DNA of 64,000 nt from Azolla caroliniana. Lineage: Eukaryota > Plantae > Polypodiophyta. The stretch is from assembly GCA_043228905.1 (NCBI GenBank), contig JBHGNT010000002.1, positions 4,712,001 to 4,776,000 on the forward strand, in the 5' to 3' direction. How positions within the stretch are numbered: position 1 is the stretch's first letter; every line of letters starts with the position of its first letter. This document shows positions 1 to 14,700 of the stretch, in pieces. The notes under the pieces are model-generated. The model was given only the letters and a program-made list of their open reading frames with translations. It did not search any database and had not been told where the DNA came from. A program made the position numbers and the translations under genes.

Positions 1-1159
1 TACATTGTGTAAATTGTATTTATGAGGAGCCTAACTAAAGGTGAGCACCCTAAAAGTGTAGCCCTTTTACACAGGAGTCTATTGGGATAACAATCTCACA
101 TTTCTTATATTATCCATAACACTCATTGGTTGATTGTTGTAGTGTGAAGCCTTTGTAGGTTGTATATAAAGAGGAAACCCCAACAATAGAAAAGTAGCTC
201 ATTTGCCACACACGCGCTCCTCTGCATACTTTACAAATTCCACTCTTGTTCTCTATTTTAGAAGCATCCAACTTCCACTATAGCCATGCCCTATGTCTCA
301 TTGATCTATAAAGCTAGAGAAATATCGGTGTTTTTCCCTACATCATTTTTGGATGCTTGGGGTTGTGGAAAATAGCCATAGAAAAAATAAAATTTCATCT
401 ATATGAGATTCACTTTGTAAATAGCCAAAAGTTCGGGGTGAAATTGTTATTTTGACTGGATCCTTCTAAAATATCGTTGCATTGTATGAAACCCATCTTT
501 ATAAATGGCTCAAAAGTTAGGGGTATATTGTCTTTTTAACAATGATTTCCACTATTGGTTTGTGGGAGCATAACAATAGAAGATTTATTTCTATGAGAGA
601 CATTATCATAAACAACTTGAAAGGTAGGGGTAGTATATTGATTATTTTCCCTAAGGAATTTTTGACCGTTTGATTGTGGGACATAGCAATTGCAAGATTG
701 ATTGAATGTGTATGTGACACACCTTCTAAGTATCGTTTTTGGACCCTTGTGTGTTGACAAATATCAACAGTAAAATACAATGTGTATGAGACGCTAAAAT
801 TGTTTTTTACCCTTGATGCATTCCATAATCCCATTGTTAAAGATATCTTTTATTTTAGTAATGCTTATATTTACTTGTGGGAATCTCAATGTGAGGTGAA
901 AACTCACCCAAAAAAAAGAGAGGCGTACAAAGTGTCAATGGACACTAAACTGCTCAAAAGCACTCAAAGAGAAGAGAGTTCATGACTACAAAGCATGGCA
1001 TTTACCATTAAGTGTTAATGTTTCCACAATTCACGTTTTTATTTTTATCAAGGTAAGCTAAACAATGATTTGCCAAGTGACTTGAGAGGGATGTCTAGGG
1101 TCTTGGATGATTTGTGACGACAAGGTTTGAACATTCTACTTGATTGCATAATTTGTTTG

Positions 1160-1550
1160 TGTTGAGAATCAAGCTCAACTTGGTCTAGTGTGTGAACTCA
1201 CCTTGAGCATGAATAGACACTCCAACGGTCAAGAGTCACCATTATGTCACCACTTTATATTCTAGCATTTAGTATGAGTCATAATATCATATTCTATGAC
1301 ACATAACTTATGAGCTTTCACATTCCCCATGCTCCATGAGTCTTGTAGTTAATGAAGAGAGAGAGTGACTATATAAAGCACCCTCCTCCCACCTTGTAAA
1401 ATGTTGTGTCTTTCTCCTTTGTTAATATACTTTACCTTGCGTATTCTCTGTGTCTTACTTTGTGTCTCTCTCACTCACTCTCTCTTCCTCATACACACAC
1501 ACAGTTCATATCTATTCCGCTGCACAGAATCCATCTCTTGATTCTTTACA
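1160..1550 (+). repeat. 5' LTR of copia-1
   Basis: Direct repeat of 6455-6844; contains TATATAAA; followed by PBS. Confidence 0.97.
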
Positions 1551-1694
1551 TGGTATTAGAGCGGCTTGGTAGCTCGATCTAGCCCATCCGCATGCGCTGT
1601 GTCCTACGCCGACGACCAAGAATCGGCTCATCGCTATCGTAGCTTCGCTACATAGCTCGCATTCGAAGAGAGAAGAAGAAGGAGAATCGACATA

Positions 1695-4600
1695 ATGAAT
1701 ACTCAAATGGGGAGCGCTCTCCCTACTGAGAAGTTGGATCGAAAGAACTTCGTATCTTGGGAGTACAAGATGCACCAATACCTTGTCGAACAAGGCTATT
1801 GGAGCTACATCAAAGGAACGCACGAAGACCGACCCATCGAAACGGCTCCCAAATACGCGACATGGGATCAAGTCGCAAGCCGCGTGATGTATTGCTTGGC
1901 AACATGTGTTCACGATCACATGCTCGGCTACATTCGCGAAGCCAAGACGTAGAAGGAGGCATGGGAAAATCTACGAAAGATTTTCACGGGGAACACAACC
2001 GCAAGAAGGCTTCAACTCAGCCAAGAGTTGAACAACATTCAACAAAGGGACATGTCCATCACGACATACACCTTGAAGATCAAGGAGCTTTGCGACTCGC
2101 TCGGCTCGATAAGCATAAATATCGATGATGATGATGATGAGATGGTGCAAATATGCCTTGGCGGCCTCGCACCACGGTTCAGTGCGATGCGAACTGCCGT
2201 TCTAGCATGGGAGAAATCTCCCTCCTTCTTCGAGCTCCAATCAATGCTATTGGTCAAAGAAAACCACGTGCGTACAAGGAGCAATGAGTCGGAAGGCCAC
2301 ATGCTCTACACGCACTCGAACGGAGGAAGAGGACGCGGACAAGCGAGAGGCCGATTCGGCCAAGGACAAGGCGGACAAGGTCCGACCTATGGCAACAACT
2401 CCCAATTTCGACCGCAAAACAAAAGCCAACGAGGAACCTTCGCAAGAAGGGGGAGCTTCCACTCCGGCCCGAGCGGTCAAAACGCAACTGAATGTAGATA
2501 TTGTGGAAAGCTTGGCCACCACAAAGAAGAGTGCCAAAAGAAGATGCACGAATCGGCTTCCACAAGTCGACAACTCACGAATTAAGCGCACAATTCCGAC
2601 TATGAAGAGCATAGCGGAATGTACGTGCACAAATCCGACTACGAAGATCGTGGCGAAATGTTCATGATAAAACATAGAGCAAACTCTATGTCGGCCTCTA
2701 CCTCAACTAGTGCCCTCAATCCAGAGGACGTATGGTTTGTTGACTCCGGAGCCTCAAACCATATGACATCTCATAAAGAATGATTTCTCAAACTTCGAGA
2801 GCCGGAGCGACCCGGTTATGTCGAAACTGGAGATGACACTACGCACCCGATTCGGCACATCGGCAATGTTTCGTTCGGCGAAAGAGGTAAGCAAACATAC
2901 ATTAAAAATGTCTTGCATGTTCCCACCATCACGAAGAATTTAGTCTCAGTCGGCCAAATGGTTGAGCAAGGGATGCAAGTACGATTCGACCAAGAAGGGT
3001 GCTTCATCGAAAAAGAGGGTTGAATCATCGCACGCGGCAGAAGAGAGGGCTGGATGTTCATTCTCGATTCACACGAGATGAAATCCGCCATGTTCGCAAA
3101 AAGCACGAAAGCCGACTCCGATATAGACCTATGGCACAAGCGAATCGGCCACATCAATCTCAACAAACTCAAAGCAATGAAATCGAACGGCGTTGTCATT
3201 GGACTCCCGACATTCAAAGAGAAGGAGATTGAAGGTGTATGCGAAGCGTGCCAATTCAGCAAGCAACACTGGCACCCATTCCCGAAAGAGCGGAACGTGA
3301 GCAAAGGTCTACTCGACGTAGGCCATTCCGACGTATGGGGACCAACGCAGACGGCTACATTCGGCAGATGCCGATATTACGTGCTCTTCATCGACGACTT
3401 CTCCAGGCACACATGGCTCTATCCGATGCGGCAAAAGAGCGAAGTGTTCAGACACTTCCAAAGGTTTAAAAACGAAGTCGAAAAAGCTACTGGTTGTCAT
3501 GTATGATGCCTTCGATCGGATGGCGGCAAGGAGTACTTCTCAGACGATTTCACGGCGTATCTCCGAAAGGAAGGAATTCGATGAGAATTCACTTGCCGAC
3601 ACACTCCGCAACAAAATGGAGTAGCCGAGCGCAGAAATCGGCACATCCTCGAAGTAGCGCGGGCCATGATGAACGAGAAGCATATGCCCAAGTCATATAT
3701 GGGCCGAAGCTGCAAATACGGCTGTCTACGTAGTGCACAACATTCGGAGTGCATGAGGTCACTCTACACGAAAAATACTTCGGAAAGAAACCGAACTTAT
3801 CGTACGCCCGGATATTCGGCGCGATAGCATACGTGCACATACCCGACGAAAAGAGGCAAAAGCTAGATCCAAAGTCGGAGAAATGTATCCTCGTAGGATG
3901 CGCACTCGAACAAAAGGGGTACAAATGCTACAACCCATCTACCTGAAAAGTTCGAGTAAGTCGAGACGTCGTGTTCGACGAATCCACATCCTGGTACACA
4001 CCAGAGAAGATTCCGACTTCGACCCCGATCGATGCGGAATCGGCCGAACAAGAGCAAGAAGGTGGAGATCGCCTCGAAGACATGTTCGAAGATAGCCCGA
4101 TTACCACAAGGCTAAGTGGGCCACAAGAGCTCCAGAGCGATCAAAGCACATCACGGCCTAGCCCGAAGATGGACAAAAGCAAGGCAAAAATGTCGGAATA
4201 GGAAGACGATCACTTCGACAATGATGAGTCGACTCACTCACTCGACAGTGAGTTTGGCGGCTTCGACCCCGATCGACGCGGAATCGGCCGAACAAGAGCA
4301 AGAAGGTGGAGATCGCCTCGAAGACATGTTCGAAGATAGCCCGATTACCACAAGGCTAAGTGGGCCACAAGAGTCCCCGAGTGATCAAAGCCAATCACGG
4401 CCTAGCCTGAAGATGGACAAAGGCAAGATGAAAATGTCGGAATACGAAGACAATCGCTTCGACGACGATGAGTCGACTCACTCACTCGACAGTGAGTTTG
4501 GCGGCTTCGATGTACCAATCAGAGCTAAGAAAGCCCTCATCTCTGCAAATGAAAAGCTCTGTCACTCCACCCGTGAAAAGAATCCGGTTAGCCGATTCGT

Positions 4601-6225
4601 CTACAACGACTACATGGCATATCACTATGCCTTTATGATGAAGGTGGCGACAGTACGCAAGCCGGAAACATTTTCCAAAGGAGCCAAGGATCCGCGATGG
4701 ATCGAAGCCATGAACGAGGAGATGCAGGCACTACGCAAGAACGAGATGTGGGACCTCGTTCCCACCTCACCACACAAAAAGGTGATCGGATGCAGATGGA
4801 TTTACAAAGTGAAGTACAACACTGACGGTTCCGTCAACCGCTACAAAGCGCGACTCGTAGCAAAAGGCTAAGCACAAATGCACGGCATTGACTACAAAGA
4901 GACCTTTGCCCCGGTGGCAAAGATGACGACGGTACGGACCGTAATTGCGCTTGCCGTGGCGAAAGGGTGGCACCTCCATCAAATGGACGTCAAGAACGCC
5001 TTTCTACAAGGCGAATTAGAAGAGGAGGTGCACATGATACAACCACCCAGCTTCAACTCGAGCACCCATCCGAAAGCTGTATGTCGACTCAATAAGCCAC
5101 TCTACGGCCTCAAGCAAGCACCGCATGCTTGGCATTCGAAGATAACGCAATATCTTCATTAAATCGGCTTCTGTATGTCAAAATCAGACAACTCCCTCTA
5201 CATACGAAGCGATTTCGCAAGTCTGATCGTCATCATCTTATATGTGGATGACCTATCATTGGAGGTGAGCATCTCGTCGAAATCAATAAGGTCAAATCCC
5301 TCCTTTCTGACAAGTTCGAGATGACGGACATGAAGGAGCTCCACTACTTCCTCGGCATTGAGGTAATTCGGATTCCGGCCGGAATCATGATCTCTCAACG
5401 ACACTACATCCTCAACTTGTTATACAAGTTCGGTATGGCTGAGTGCAAATCCACGGCAACCCCGCTCGATCGCAATCTCAAACTAGATGGAAACTCCGGC
5501 ACCAAAGCGTGTGAGCCGACTCAGTATCAGCAACTCATCGGGAGTCTCATCTACCTCACGATCACACAACCCGATCTTAGTTATCCGGTCGGTCTCCTTA
5601 GCCAATTCATGCAAACACCACGTGGTAATCACTTGGATTGCGCTAACCGAGTTCTACGATACATGAGCGGCACAATGGATTGCGGCATCCTCTACAAGAC
5701 CGCGATGCCAATACGACTCGAGGGGTACACAGACGCCGATTGGGCTGGCCACAAAGCCGATAGAAGATCAACCTCCGGATTTGTTTTTCCCTCGGCAGCG
5801 GAGCAATATCCTGGAGCAGCAAAAAGCAACCAACCGTCACTCTTTCGAGCACAGAGGCGGAATACAGGGGCGCGGCAATGGCTGCATGTGAAGCCATATG
5901 GCTCAAAAGGATACTCAAGGATCTGGGCGTACCCATCAAGGATCCGACTTCCCTTTACTGCGACAACATGAGCAGTATCTATCTGGCTCGGAACCCGGTG
6001 TTCCACGTGCGGACAAAGCACATCGAAGTGCACTATCACTTCATCCGAGAGCGCGTTCTACCTGGCGATGTCGACCTACAACACATTAGCACAAATCTTC
6101 AAGCGACCGACATCTTCACTAAAGCCTTAGGAGCCGACAAGCTATGGCAATTCATGACCAATCTCGGATTGACGATCCCTGATCTGCCAAGCTTGAGGGG
6201 GAGTACTGAAGACACTATGCAATAA
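1695..6225 (+). pseudogene. copia gag-pol pseudogene
   Basis: Zinc knuckle CRYCGKLGHHKEEC, protease WFVDSGAS, integrase HSDVWGP/FIDDFSR, RT YKARLVAKG/MDVKNAFL/LYVDD, RNase H TDADWAG/TKHIEV. Many stops and frameshifts. Confidence 0.95.
4017..4504 (+). repeat. 244-bp tandem duplication inside copia-1
   Basis: 4017-4260 repeated at 4261-4504; CTTCGA microhomology at all three junctions. Confidence 0.93.
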
Positions 6226-6454
6226 CGCGTGGATTCCGCAACCGCGCAATGAAGCCGCGAAGAGTCGATCTACCACGCAAAGCCGCGAAGAAAGACACAA
6301 GCCGAAGCACAAACTTTGCAACTATGCACAACGCAAGCTGGAGCACGGATTCCGCAACTCTGCATATATGCGAGTCGACGCGGACTCCGAAACGCGAGTT
6401 GAAGCGGATTTCGGATACCGTCTGAAACCAACCCGACTTGAGCTTGAGGGGGCG

Positions 6455-6844
6455 TGTTGAGAATCAAGCTCAACTTGGTCTAGTGTGTGAACTCACCTTG
6501 AGAGTGAATAGACACTCCAACGGTCAAGAGTCACCATTATGTCACCACTTTGTATTCTAGCATTTAGTATGAGTCATAGAATCATATTCTATGACACATA
6601 ACTTATGAGCTTTCACATTCCCATGCTCCATGAGTCTTGTAGTTAATGAAGAGAGAGGGTGACTATATAAAGCACCCTCCTCCCACCTTGTAAAATGTTG
6701 AGTCTTTCTCCTTTGTTAATATACTTTACCTTGCGTATTCTCTGTGTCTTACTTTGTGTCTCTCTCACTCTCTCTCTCTTCCTCATACACACACACAGTT
6801 CATATCTATTCCGCTGCACAAAATCCATCTCTTGATTCTTTACA
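6455..6844 (+). repeat. 3' LTR of copia-1
   Basis: Preceded by PPT AGCTTGAGGGGGCG; matches the 5' LTR. Confidence 0.97.
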
Positions 6845-8420
6845 ATTTGCTTCATAAAGAAGTGTATAGAGAAGAGTGCAATGTTCTGCCTAATGCACTC
6901 AATAATATGTTAAGGCATTTGGTTCATGGAAATACTCTATGGCAAATCACTAGATTCGAGGCATAATGGAAGAAAATACTTGGAATTCAGGTTTTTTACA
7001 TAGGATATCATGAATCGCCTAGAGGAAAGGGAATAAATCATTCTTCTTTTATGAGATGTCAGAGAGGTTCGGAAACAATGGTTCGCTTTCTATGGACTTT
7101 TCCATCAAAGATAACTTGTATCCATAAACTCAATTACAACCTTCAGCTTAAGGTTTCTAAATATGTGGTTTGGAAAACCCTTTTGTTTGTTTGGTCTTTT
7201 GATCATTTACAAGGATGTTGCCATCTCTGTCCAATAGATCAGATTTTGCACTATATGGGCAACTCAACATCATGTGATATTTCTTAATATAACTTTGTTG
7301 CTTCAAGTCCTCATGAAGACAATGTTTTTATGATTCTCTTCAATTAGATGAAATCCCATGATAGATGTTTCACCTTTAGCTTGAGTGCTTTTGACTAGTG
7401 TTTTTTTATCCAGGATTGAGGTATCCTATCCCATCACAAATAAATGTCTTGATAATTTAAAAAGAGTTAAAGATATTCAAACGTATCATATTCTCATATT
7501 TGAAGAAAAGAATTATGGGAATGCAACTTCATTAACCCAAACAATCAAAAGCAACCGTGTATAATAGTTGTGTTTAAATTGAACTTGGTTATCAATAAAT
7601 ATTTCAAGAATACACTTTTTTCAAGCGACACACAAGGTTATCTGAAGATGTGGTTATACTATTTGGCAATGCTTTTGGAATTATACAATTATCAACAAAT
7701 CCATATCTAATTCAAAGCTTTTTTGCAAATAAAGAATCTTTCTTACTTTAACTCAACAACAATGCTAATTGGTAAAATACCCAATAGGAAACATTGTGAA
7801 AATATTCCCTACTTTAGAGATTCCTCTCAAGTAATTCCTCCAATAGCCATCTCATCTAACAACTAATTTCAACCATTAGATTACTACTTTATAAAGGGTT
7901 CAAGAAAAGCATGGAACAAGTTTGTGTTTGATGATTAATGATATATTAGGGATTGACTTTTTGGATGGTGTGATGCTATTTTTTATGAATGAGATTACCT
8001 TCAATATTAGGTTGCAACATATGCTCATTGACATAATTTATGTTCTTATATACAAACTTTGATCAAATGTCCGTGTTTCAAGGGGTTTGATATTATGGAA
8101 GCTTCATGTGATAACACATCAATTTCACAAAATTAGTTGGTAGCAGAGTTTGACAAGCATTCCTATATTTTACAACATAGACCACATGACCTAATTTGGC
8201 AATGTAAAAGTCAACATGTGTGTATTGTGGTGCACATACTTTTCCTTGAGCTTTTCAATGGATGAAAACAATTGCAATGCTCCAAATCCATACACAATTA
8301 TAAGTCTAATTTTGGAAAATGACAAGACCGATTGATCCCACGTGTGAGAGAAAGAAAATATGAATGAGCAGTTCTACCTTGATCCAATTGAATCTTCTAT
8401 GTATTATATACATACATTTC

Positions 8421-8711
8421 CCTATGTTTGCATATGACTTTAGAACTGCATTGTCGAGAAACCATGTTACATTAGAGAAGAGAGCAACTTCCAATGTATA
8501 TGTGGATAGATCTACATGGCTTTTGTCATAACCCTCTCACACGAGCTTTAATTTGGGCAAGCTACATGGTTTTTACCTATGTTTGCATATGACTTCACAA
8601 TCGCATAGTTGAGAAACTATGTTACATTATAGAAGAGAGCAAATTTCAGTGTATATGTGGATAGATCTAGATGGTTTTGTCATAACTTTCTGATGCGAGC
8701 TTTATTTTGGG
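8421..8711. repeat. Diverged tandem duplication, about 155-bp period
   Basis: CCTATGTTTGCATATGACT...GAGCTTTA starts at 8421 and again at 8576. Confidence 0.8.
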
Positions 8712-9090
8712 AATGTTATACACATAAATAAAGTGAAAAATCTAAGAAATTGTAAATGCTTGGTAGCCAACTTCAAATCATCGTGACAACATCTATTATA
8801 GGTTCTTTAAACCCATAGAATGATATTATGGTTGATGAGAAAGCTTCAAACAAATTGAGAGTAGATGGAGTTCATATCACAAGATTGACATATGTAGCGC
8901 GCCTAAACAATTGTATGTTGAAGCTAAATGCAAAAGTGAGGAGGAGGTGATTGAACAATATTGGGCTACTCTAGTTTTTCAAAAGCAAGAGGTTTTTAAG
9001 AAGATATGGGAAAGGTTGAATGTCTTCTTCGTGTTTAACGGTTTTATATTGGAGGTATCAACCACCTCTCTAGGCATTTCCTCCACTGAC

Positions 9091-9300
9091 ATGAAGCATG
9101 TGGCCATGTACAAGTAGTTGATAAGGGAAAGAAAATTCATGAGGAGATCATGGACAAGGGATTGCTAGAAAAACATGTTGTATTGTACTTAGCAATGCTT
9201 TCGTAGATCTATATGCAAAATGTGGCGCACTAATGAATGTTTGTGGTAGCCTAAGAGTAGTTGAAAAAGTTAAAAAATCCATGATGAAGTTGTTAAGAAT
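9091..9300 (+). pseudogene. Degenerate PLS-class PPR gene fragment
   Basis: Reads ACGHVQVVDKGKKIHEEIMDKGLLEKHVV..SNAFVDLYAKCGAL..CGSL across frameshifts, matching the NALVDMYAKCG PPR motif. Confidence 0.75.
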
Positions 9301-10699
9301 ATTTGGAAGTGTCCATGTATCATTGGTGGAAAGAAAACAATGTTGGGCTATTGTTCACGAAGTTGCAAATATTGGATGTCCTACTTGAGAGAGATGATGT
9401 ATAGCCAAGATTCTATTTATTTGTTGGAAGAATATTATTGATGGCTTAATCCTCAATTAGGCCATAATAATAGTTTGGAAGATGAAATTGTGCTTATGTG
9501 GGATACAAAGGGGAGCTTCTTCTCCCTTTAAAATTGATGGGACCTTGCACTCTATCATTATAGAACTTCTCATGCATTGGAAACAAAAGGTGACAATTAA
9601 TATCATAGTTGCAAGACAAATGTAATATAAGCATTGATGTTCGTCCCCACAAATGGTGTATTATTTGATATGTAGGCTAACATGTCTCAAGCTCTATCGC
9701 ATCTTATGCCTCATAAACCTAAATAGTCTTCTTTTACACATGAGGAATAAACTAATAGATAATAGTTGGTAGTCTACTAGTCCCATAAAATCTTCTATGT
9801 GTTACATGCCTTGTATGCAACATTGAATGTGGTTTGTCAAGAGGTCGATCCCTATGCTATTGGTCAATAAATCTATTGATCATTTCCCAAATCTTGAAGG
9901 TTCCAAATGCATGTTTAATGCCAAGATGGGACATCAAAGATGATATGTTTCGAGCTTGACCAATGCAACATTGGCACGTGTGTTGCATGCCATTACTAGT
10001 CTGTCGAGTTTTGCAACATTGCATGATTGGGTAGAATACGTGGAAGCGATTTGACATGTTGTTCCATCAGAGAAATAACTGATAACTCATTCAAATGGTT
10101 CATGCACGTTCTTGAAAGCACTAACCCGATAATAATAATAATAACAGTATGGCTAAAATCCATGGGAGCATTGAATGTAAATTGCATTTGGCATTAGGGT
10201 TACGAGCTAATAAACATTGGCTCGCAAACTAAAGTCTTTGTATACTACGGAAGAAAGAGTCAAAGGCTAGGGTATGGAATGGGATTCATGGAGTGGCATA
10301 CACCATGTCGAGAGCATAATTTAGAGAGACGTGTCTCCCCGTACAGTAGTGGGATTCAAGATATAGTCATGGATTGAAATATTCGTCATTCGTGTCACAA
10401 GTTATTTGAAGCCGATCCAAGGTTTCTGGGCAGGGGATTGAGGTGTCATAGTAACGATCATGCTCACGGCAGCGGCTCCGAGGAGTCGCGGTCGGAAAGG
10501 GTAGGTATGAGTGAGTATGGAGGAGTGGATTGATCGGAGGTTTGTTTTGAGTATGGGCCAGGTCGGGGAGAGAGTGGCCGCATGGTGGATCAACACATTT
10601 GCTCCAGACTTAATATTAATACACCGGTGCTCTCGATCATTTGTTTATTCTTGCTCGACCGAATTGTTGTGTTTATGTGACCGAACGAACAGAAAGAAA

Positions 10700-11095
10700 A
10701 TGGGGTTAAAGAAAAAGTAAAAGAAAAAAAAAAAGGAGATATTATGAAAATGCGTATAATTTATGTAGATACGCATATTAGTATTTTTCTTTTAAGCAAA
10801 AAAGAAGAAGGAAAAAGCAGAAAAGCAAAAAACAGGGGAAAAGCAAAACGTGCAAAGAAGCGAAATAAGAAGAAGGAAAAAGAAGAGAGTGAGAAGGAAA
10901 AAACGAAAGGAATTTGCTGCAAAAAGCAAAAAGCAAAAAAGCAAGAAAAGCAAGCAGAAGGCAAAAAGCAAAAAAGCAAAAAACAGGGGAAAAGCAGAAA
11001 ACAGGGGAAAAGCAAAACGCGCAAAGAAGCAGAATAAGAAGAAGAAGAAGGAAAAAGAAGAGAGGAGAAGAAAAAACGAAAGGAATAAATAAATA
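10700..11095. repeat. Purine-rich low-complexity tract (AAAAGC-type units) upstream of the kinase gene
   Basis: A/G-rich; AAAACAGGGGAAAAGCAAAACG unit duplicated. Confidence 0.8.
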
Positions 11096-11712
11096 TAAAG
11101 CTGCAATTTTTATTTCGGTTTACTCTGTTGCTGTGGGGGATCGCCATCGCCATCGCCATCGCCATCGCCAGCTCTGCAATCTCTTCCTCTTCTTCTTCTT
11201 CTCTTTTCTCCTCCTCAGGTATTATTCCCTTCCGTTCCTTTTGTTTTCTTCTTCGATTCCTTTGGATACGACCTGCTGTTTCCCTTTCCAAAATGATGAC
11301 CCACCCAGATCTAGGGTTCCTGTCTCCTCGGAGTCTCTTTTTTTTTTCTTTTGATTTTGGCTCTCTATTCTAAAAACAAATGTTATATTTTGTTTCTTCT
11401 TATTCTTTGTTTTCGTTTTCTTAATTGAAACAACCCTGAGTTCACTGGTCTATCCTCCTCTGTTTTCTGAGCTTCATAGGTATATATATATATATATATA
11501 TAATTGTTTTTTTCTCTTTCATATTTAGAACTCTAATCTTTTCTGCTTTAGAAAACTTTGCTCTGTTTTCCCAACAATGCCACGACTTTTCAGAAAAAAA
11601 GTTTTCAGTCTAATTTTTGCATCTGATTTTCCTCCAATGAAAGAATAATGCTACGGAATTGCGAGCGAACAAGAGAAGCAATAGAGTGAAATTGGTTGAT
11701 CTTCTTCCAAAA

Positions 11713-14700
11713 ATGGGGAACTGTTGCAGTTCTCAGTTTCAGCATGAGAACAAGCCTACGGTTACAGTGAACGATCCTCCATTCAATGGAGGTTTAATTT
11801 TATTTCCCTAAACTAGCATATGCATGTATGTGTATGTTTGTTATGCAGAGTGTTTACTCTATGTCTCTGGACTCGTGTCTGCATGTATGTTTATGTATCA
11901 ATATGTATGTATGTGAATGTGTGTCTGTCTGCATCTATGTATGTATATGCAGGTATGAGTATATGTATCTATGTACATGTATGCATGCACAGATGCATAT
12001 GTATGAACGTATATGCATGATATATGTGGATAGATGCTATGCTCTGTTTATTTCATCCGTTGTTTATGTTTTCTAGGGTATGGTGGTGCTCAGAAAGGTG
12101 GTGGGGCCTCTACCAATGTTGCCAGAGTAGCTCTGCAGCCTATTGAGGCCCCTTCCATATCACTCGATATGCTTAACGAAGCGACTGAAAGTTTTGGAGC
12201 AAAAACTTTGATTGGGGAGGGTTCGTATGGACGAGTGTACTATGCCACTCTTTTTGGGCGAGCCTCAGCAGTTAAGAAGCTTGACCTTAACAACCAGCAA
12301 GAGTCTGATGACGAGTTTTTGTCTCAGGTTTCACAACTTTCTCAATGCTTGGCAAATTTGTTTTCTTTTGTAATCGTCTTATATGCCTTTTCTTTGATTG
12401 AGAGCATATTTTTCCCAATAACCACAAAGTTTCGATCTTAAAGCCATGGTATAAAGATTTAATAGCATTGGCAATGAGACATTCATAAATTTAAGATACA
12501 AAAAAGATAAGTGGATTAAAATAGAAAATCTCACATTTGATCAAGGGGGAAGAATTGTGATTTTCTAAATGCCTTGTAAAATCATTCATAGGCATCACAT
12601 GTTTGTAAAAAATTTAGTAGCTTTAGAAAGATAAATGAGCTAAATTTATCACATAAACTTCAATGCATCATAATGTAGTAAGCTGTGGCTCTTAGTTAAA
12701 CAATTTATTTTATGTTTTGTATTATTGCAGGTATCGATGGTCTCGAGATTGAAACATGAAAATGTGGTTGAACTTATCGGATATTGTATCCAGGGGAATT
12801 TGCGAGTATTGGCATATGAATTTGCAACCATGGGCTCTCTACATGATATTCTTCATGGTGATGATCGGTTTCACACTCATGAGATATCACAGTCTCATGT
12901 TACAATCATGGTTTGATAATTACTGTGAGACTAGTGGGCTTTACTAATGCATGTTGATTTTCTTATAGGTCGAAAAGGTGTGCAAGGGGCACAACCGGGG
13001 CCTATACTTGAGTGGATCCAACGTGTAAAGATTGCAGTTTGTGCTGCAAGGGGTCTTGAATACCTACATGAGAAAGTGCAACCAGCCATAATTCATCGGG
13101 ATATTCGATCCAGTAATGTTCTACTTTTTGATGATTTTACTGCCAAGATTGCAGATTTTAACCTCTCAAACCAAGCTCCAGACATGGCTGCGAGGCTTCA
13201 CTCGACTCGTGTGCTAGGAACCTTTGGTTATCATGCTCCAGAGTATGTTATGCTATCTGACCCATAGAACACTTGTTAGTGTTGCCGCTCTAAGAGGCCA
13301 TCCATTGTTTCTGAAAATCTATTTTTGAGAAGCTTTTGAAATGAAGATCTGTTATTTTAATAAATATTTCAGGCGTAAATTTTAATCAAGCATATGCACT
13401 GTTCTTGTCAAGCACATAAGAAATTTTTTCTTCTATACTACTGTTTTCTTTGCTTCTCTCTCTCTCTCTCTCTCCTTAGTTTTAAAAGTTGCTTCATCAC
13501 TACATTTGTTGGTTGTGTTCTGTGCACAATCTCTTGTTCAACATGTAAATATTGCATTTTTGGTAATGGCTATGCAGAGGTGACATGTACAAATTTTGTT
13601 TGGTTATTAGGTATGCAATGACTGGACAGCTTACTCAGAAAAGTGATGTCTATAGTTTTGGAGTTGTGTTGTTGGAATTGCTTACAGGAAGGAAGCCTGT
13701 TGACCACAATATGCCTCGTGGTCAACAAAGCTTAGTGACTTGGGTAAGTACTAAATTTAATAATTCTCTTTAGTAATATGCTAAAAAATGCTATTTGAGG
13801 TCTTAACCATTGTCATATTTCTTGTAGGCCACTCCTCGGCTGAGTGAAGACAAAGTGAAGCAGTGTATTGATCCGAAGCTTAAGTCTGATTATCCACCAA
13901 AAGCAGTTGCTAAGGTAACCAATATATATTGTAGGATGGCATTAATGGATAAAAATGGACGGGATGTATAAGTATCCTCAACATATTGTTAAACCTCGGA
14001 TGGTCCGAATTTTGTAATGTGAATGGATGTCGAATGACACCATCTATTACAGAAACAGTTTAAGAGCAATTTGATGGCTAGAATCTCATCAAGTAGTGGA
14101 GTGACTATTTCCATAGAATTTCTTGTGGTGTTTATACTAGAGACTCACGTGTGTAAAAGCAGGAGAATCAAGAATCATTATGCATGTGTCACGGTTGTTG
14201 CCTCAGGAACGAAAATAGGGAAAACACTTCCAAATGTAGGAAATGAACGTAAAATGTCAACTTGTTCAAGGATATATATATGTACATAGAAACAGACACA
14301 CACACACACACACATATACACACATTACATATTACATATACACACATGACACATGACACATGACACATGACACATTACACATGACACATTACACATTACA
14401 CATTACACATTACACATTACACATTACACATTACACATTACACATTACACATTACACATTACACATTACACATTACACATTACACATTACACATTACAGA
14501 TTACATATGCACACATTACACATTACACATTACATACACACATTACACATTACACATTACACATTACACATTACACATTACACATTAGACATTAGACATT
14601 AGACATTAGACATTAGACATTAGACATTAGACATTAGACATTAGACATTGCACATTGCACATTGCACATTGCACATTGCACATTGCACATTGCACATTGC

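Larger units (their letters stand above)
1160..6844 (+). mobile_element. Full-length decayed Ty1/copia LTR retrotransposon (copia-1)
   Basis: LTRs 1160-1550 and 6455-6844 (TG...CA, about 9 substitutions + 1 indel). PBS TGGTATTAGAGC 1551-1562 (tRNA-iMet type). PPT 6441-6454. Near-TSD GTTTG/ATTTG. Domain order gag-PR-INT-RT-RH. Confidence 0.97.

Noticed and set aside
7000-8300. Possible decayed LINE
   Set aside because: Only faint motif traces; boundaries and identity cannot be supported.
9857-10057. IKHAFGTFK..W, like a Harbinger transposase motif
   Set aside because: One short motif only; no TIR or TSD found.
10744-11373. Several K/R-rich and F/L-rich ORFs
   Set aside because: Artefacts of a purine-rich low-complexity tract and 5' UTR microsatellites.
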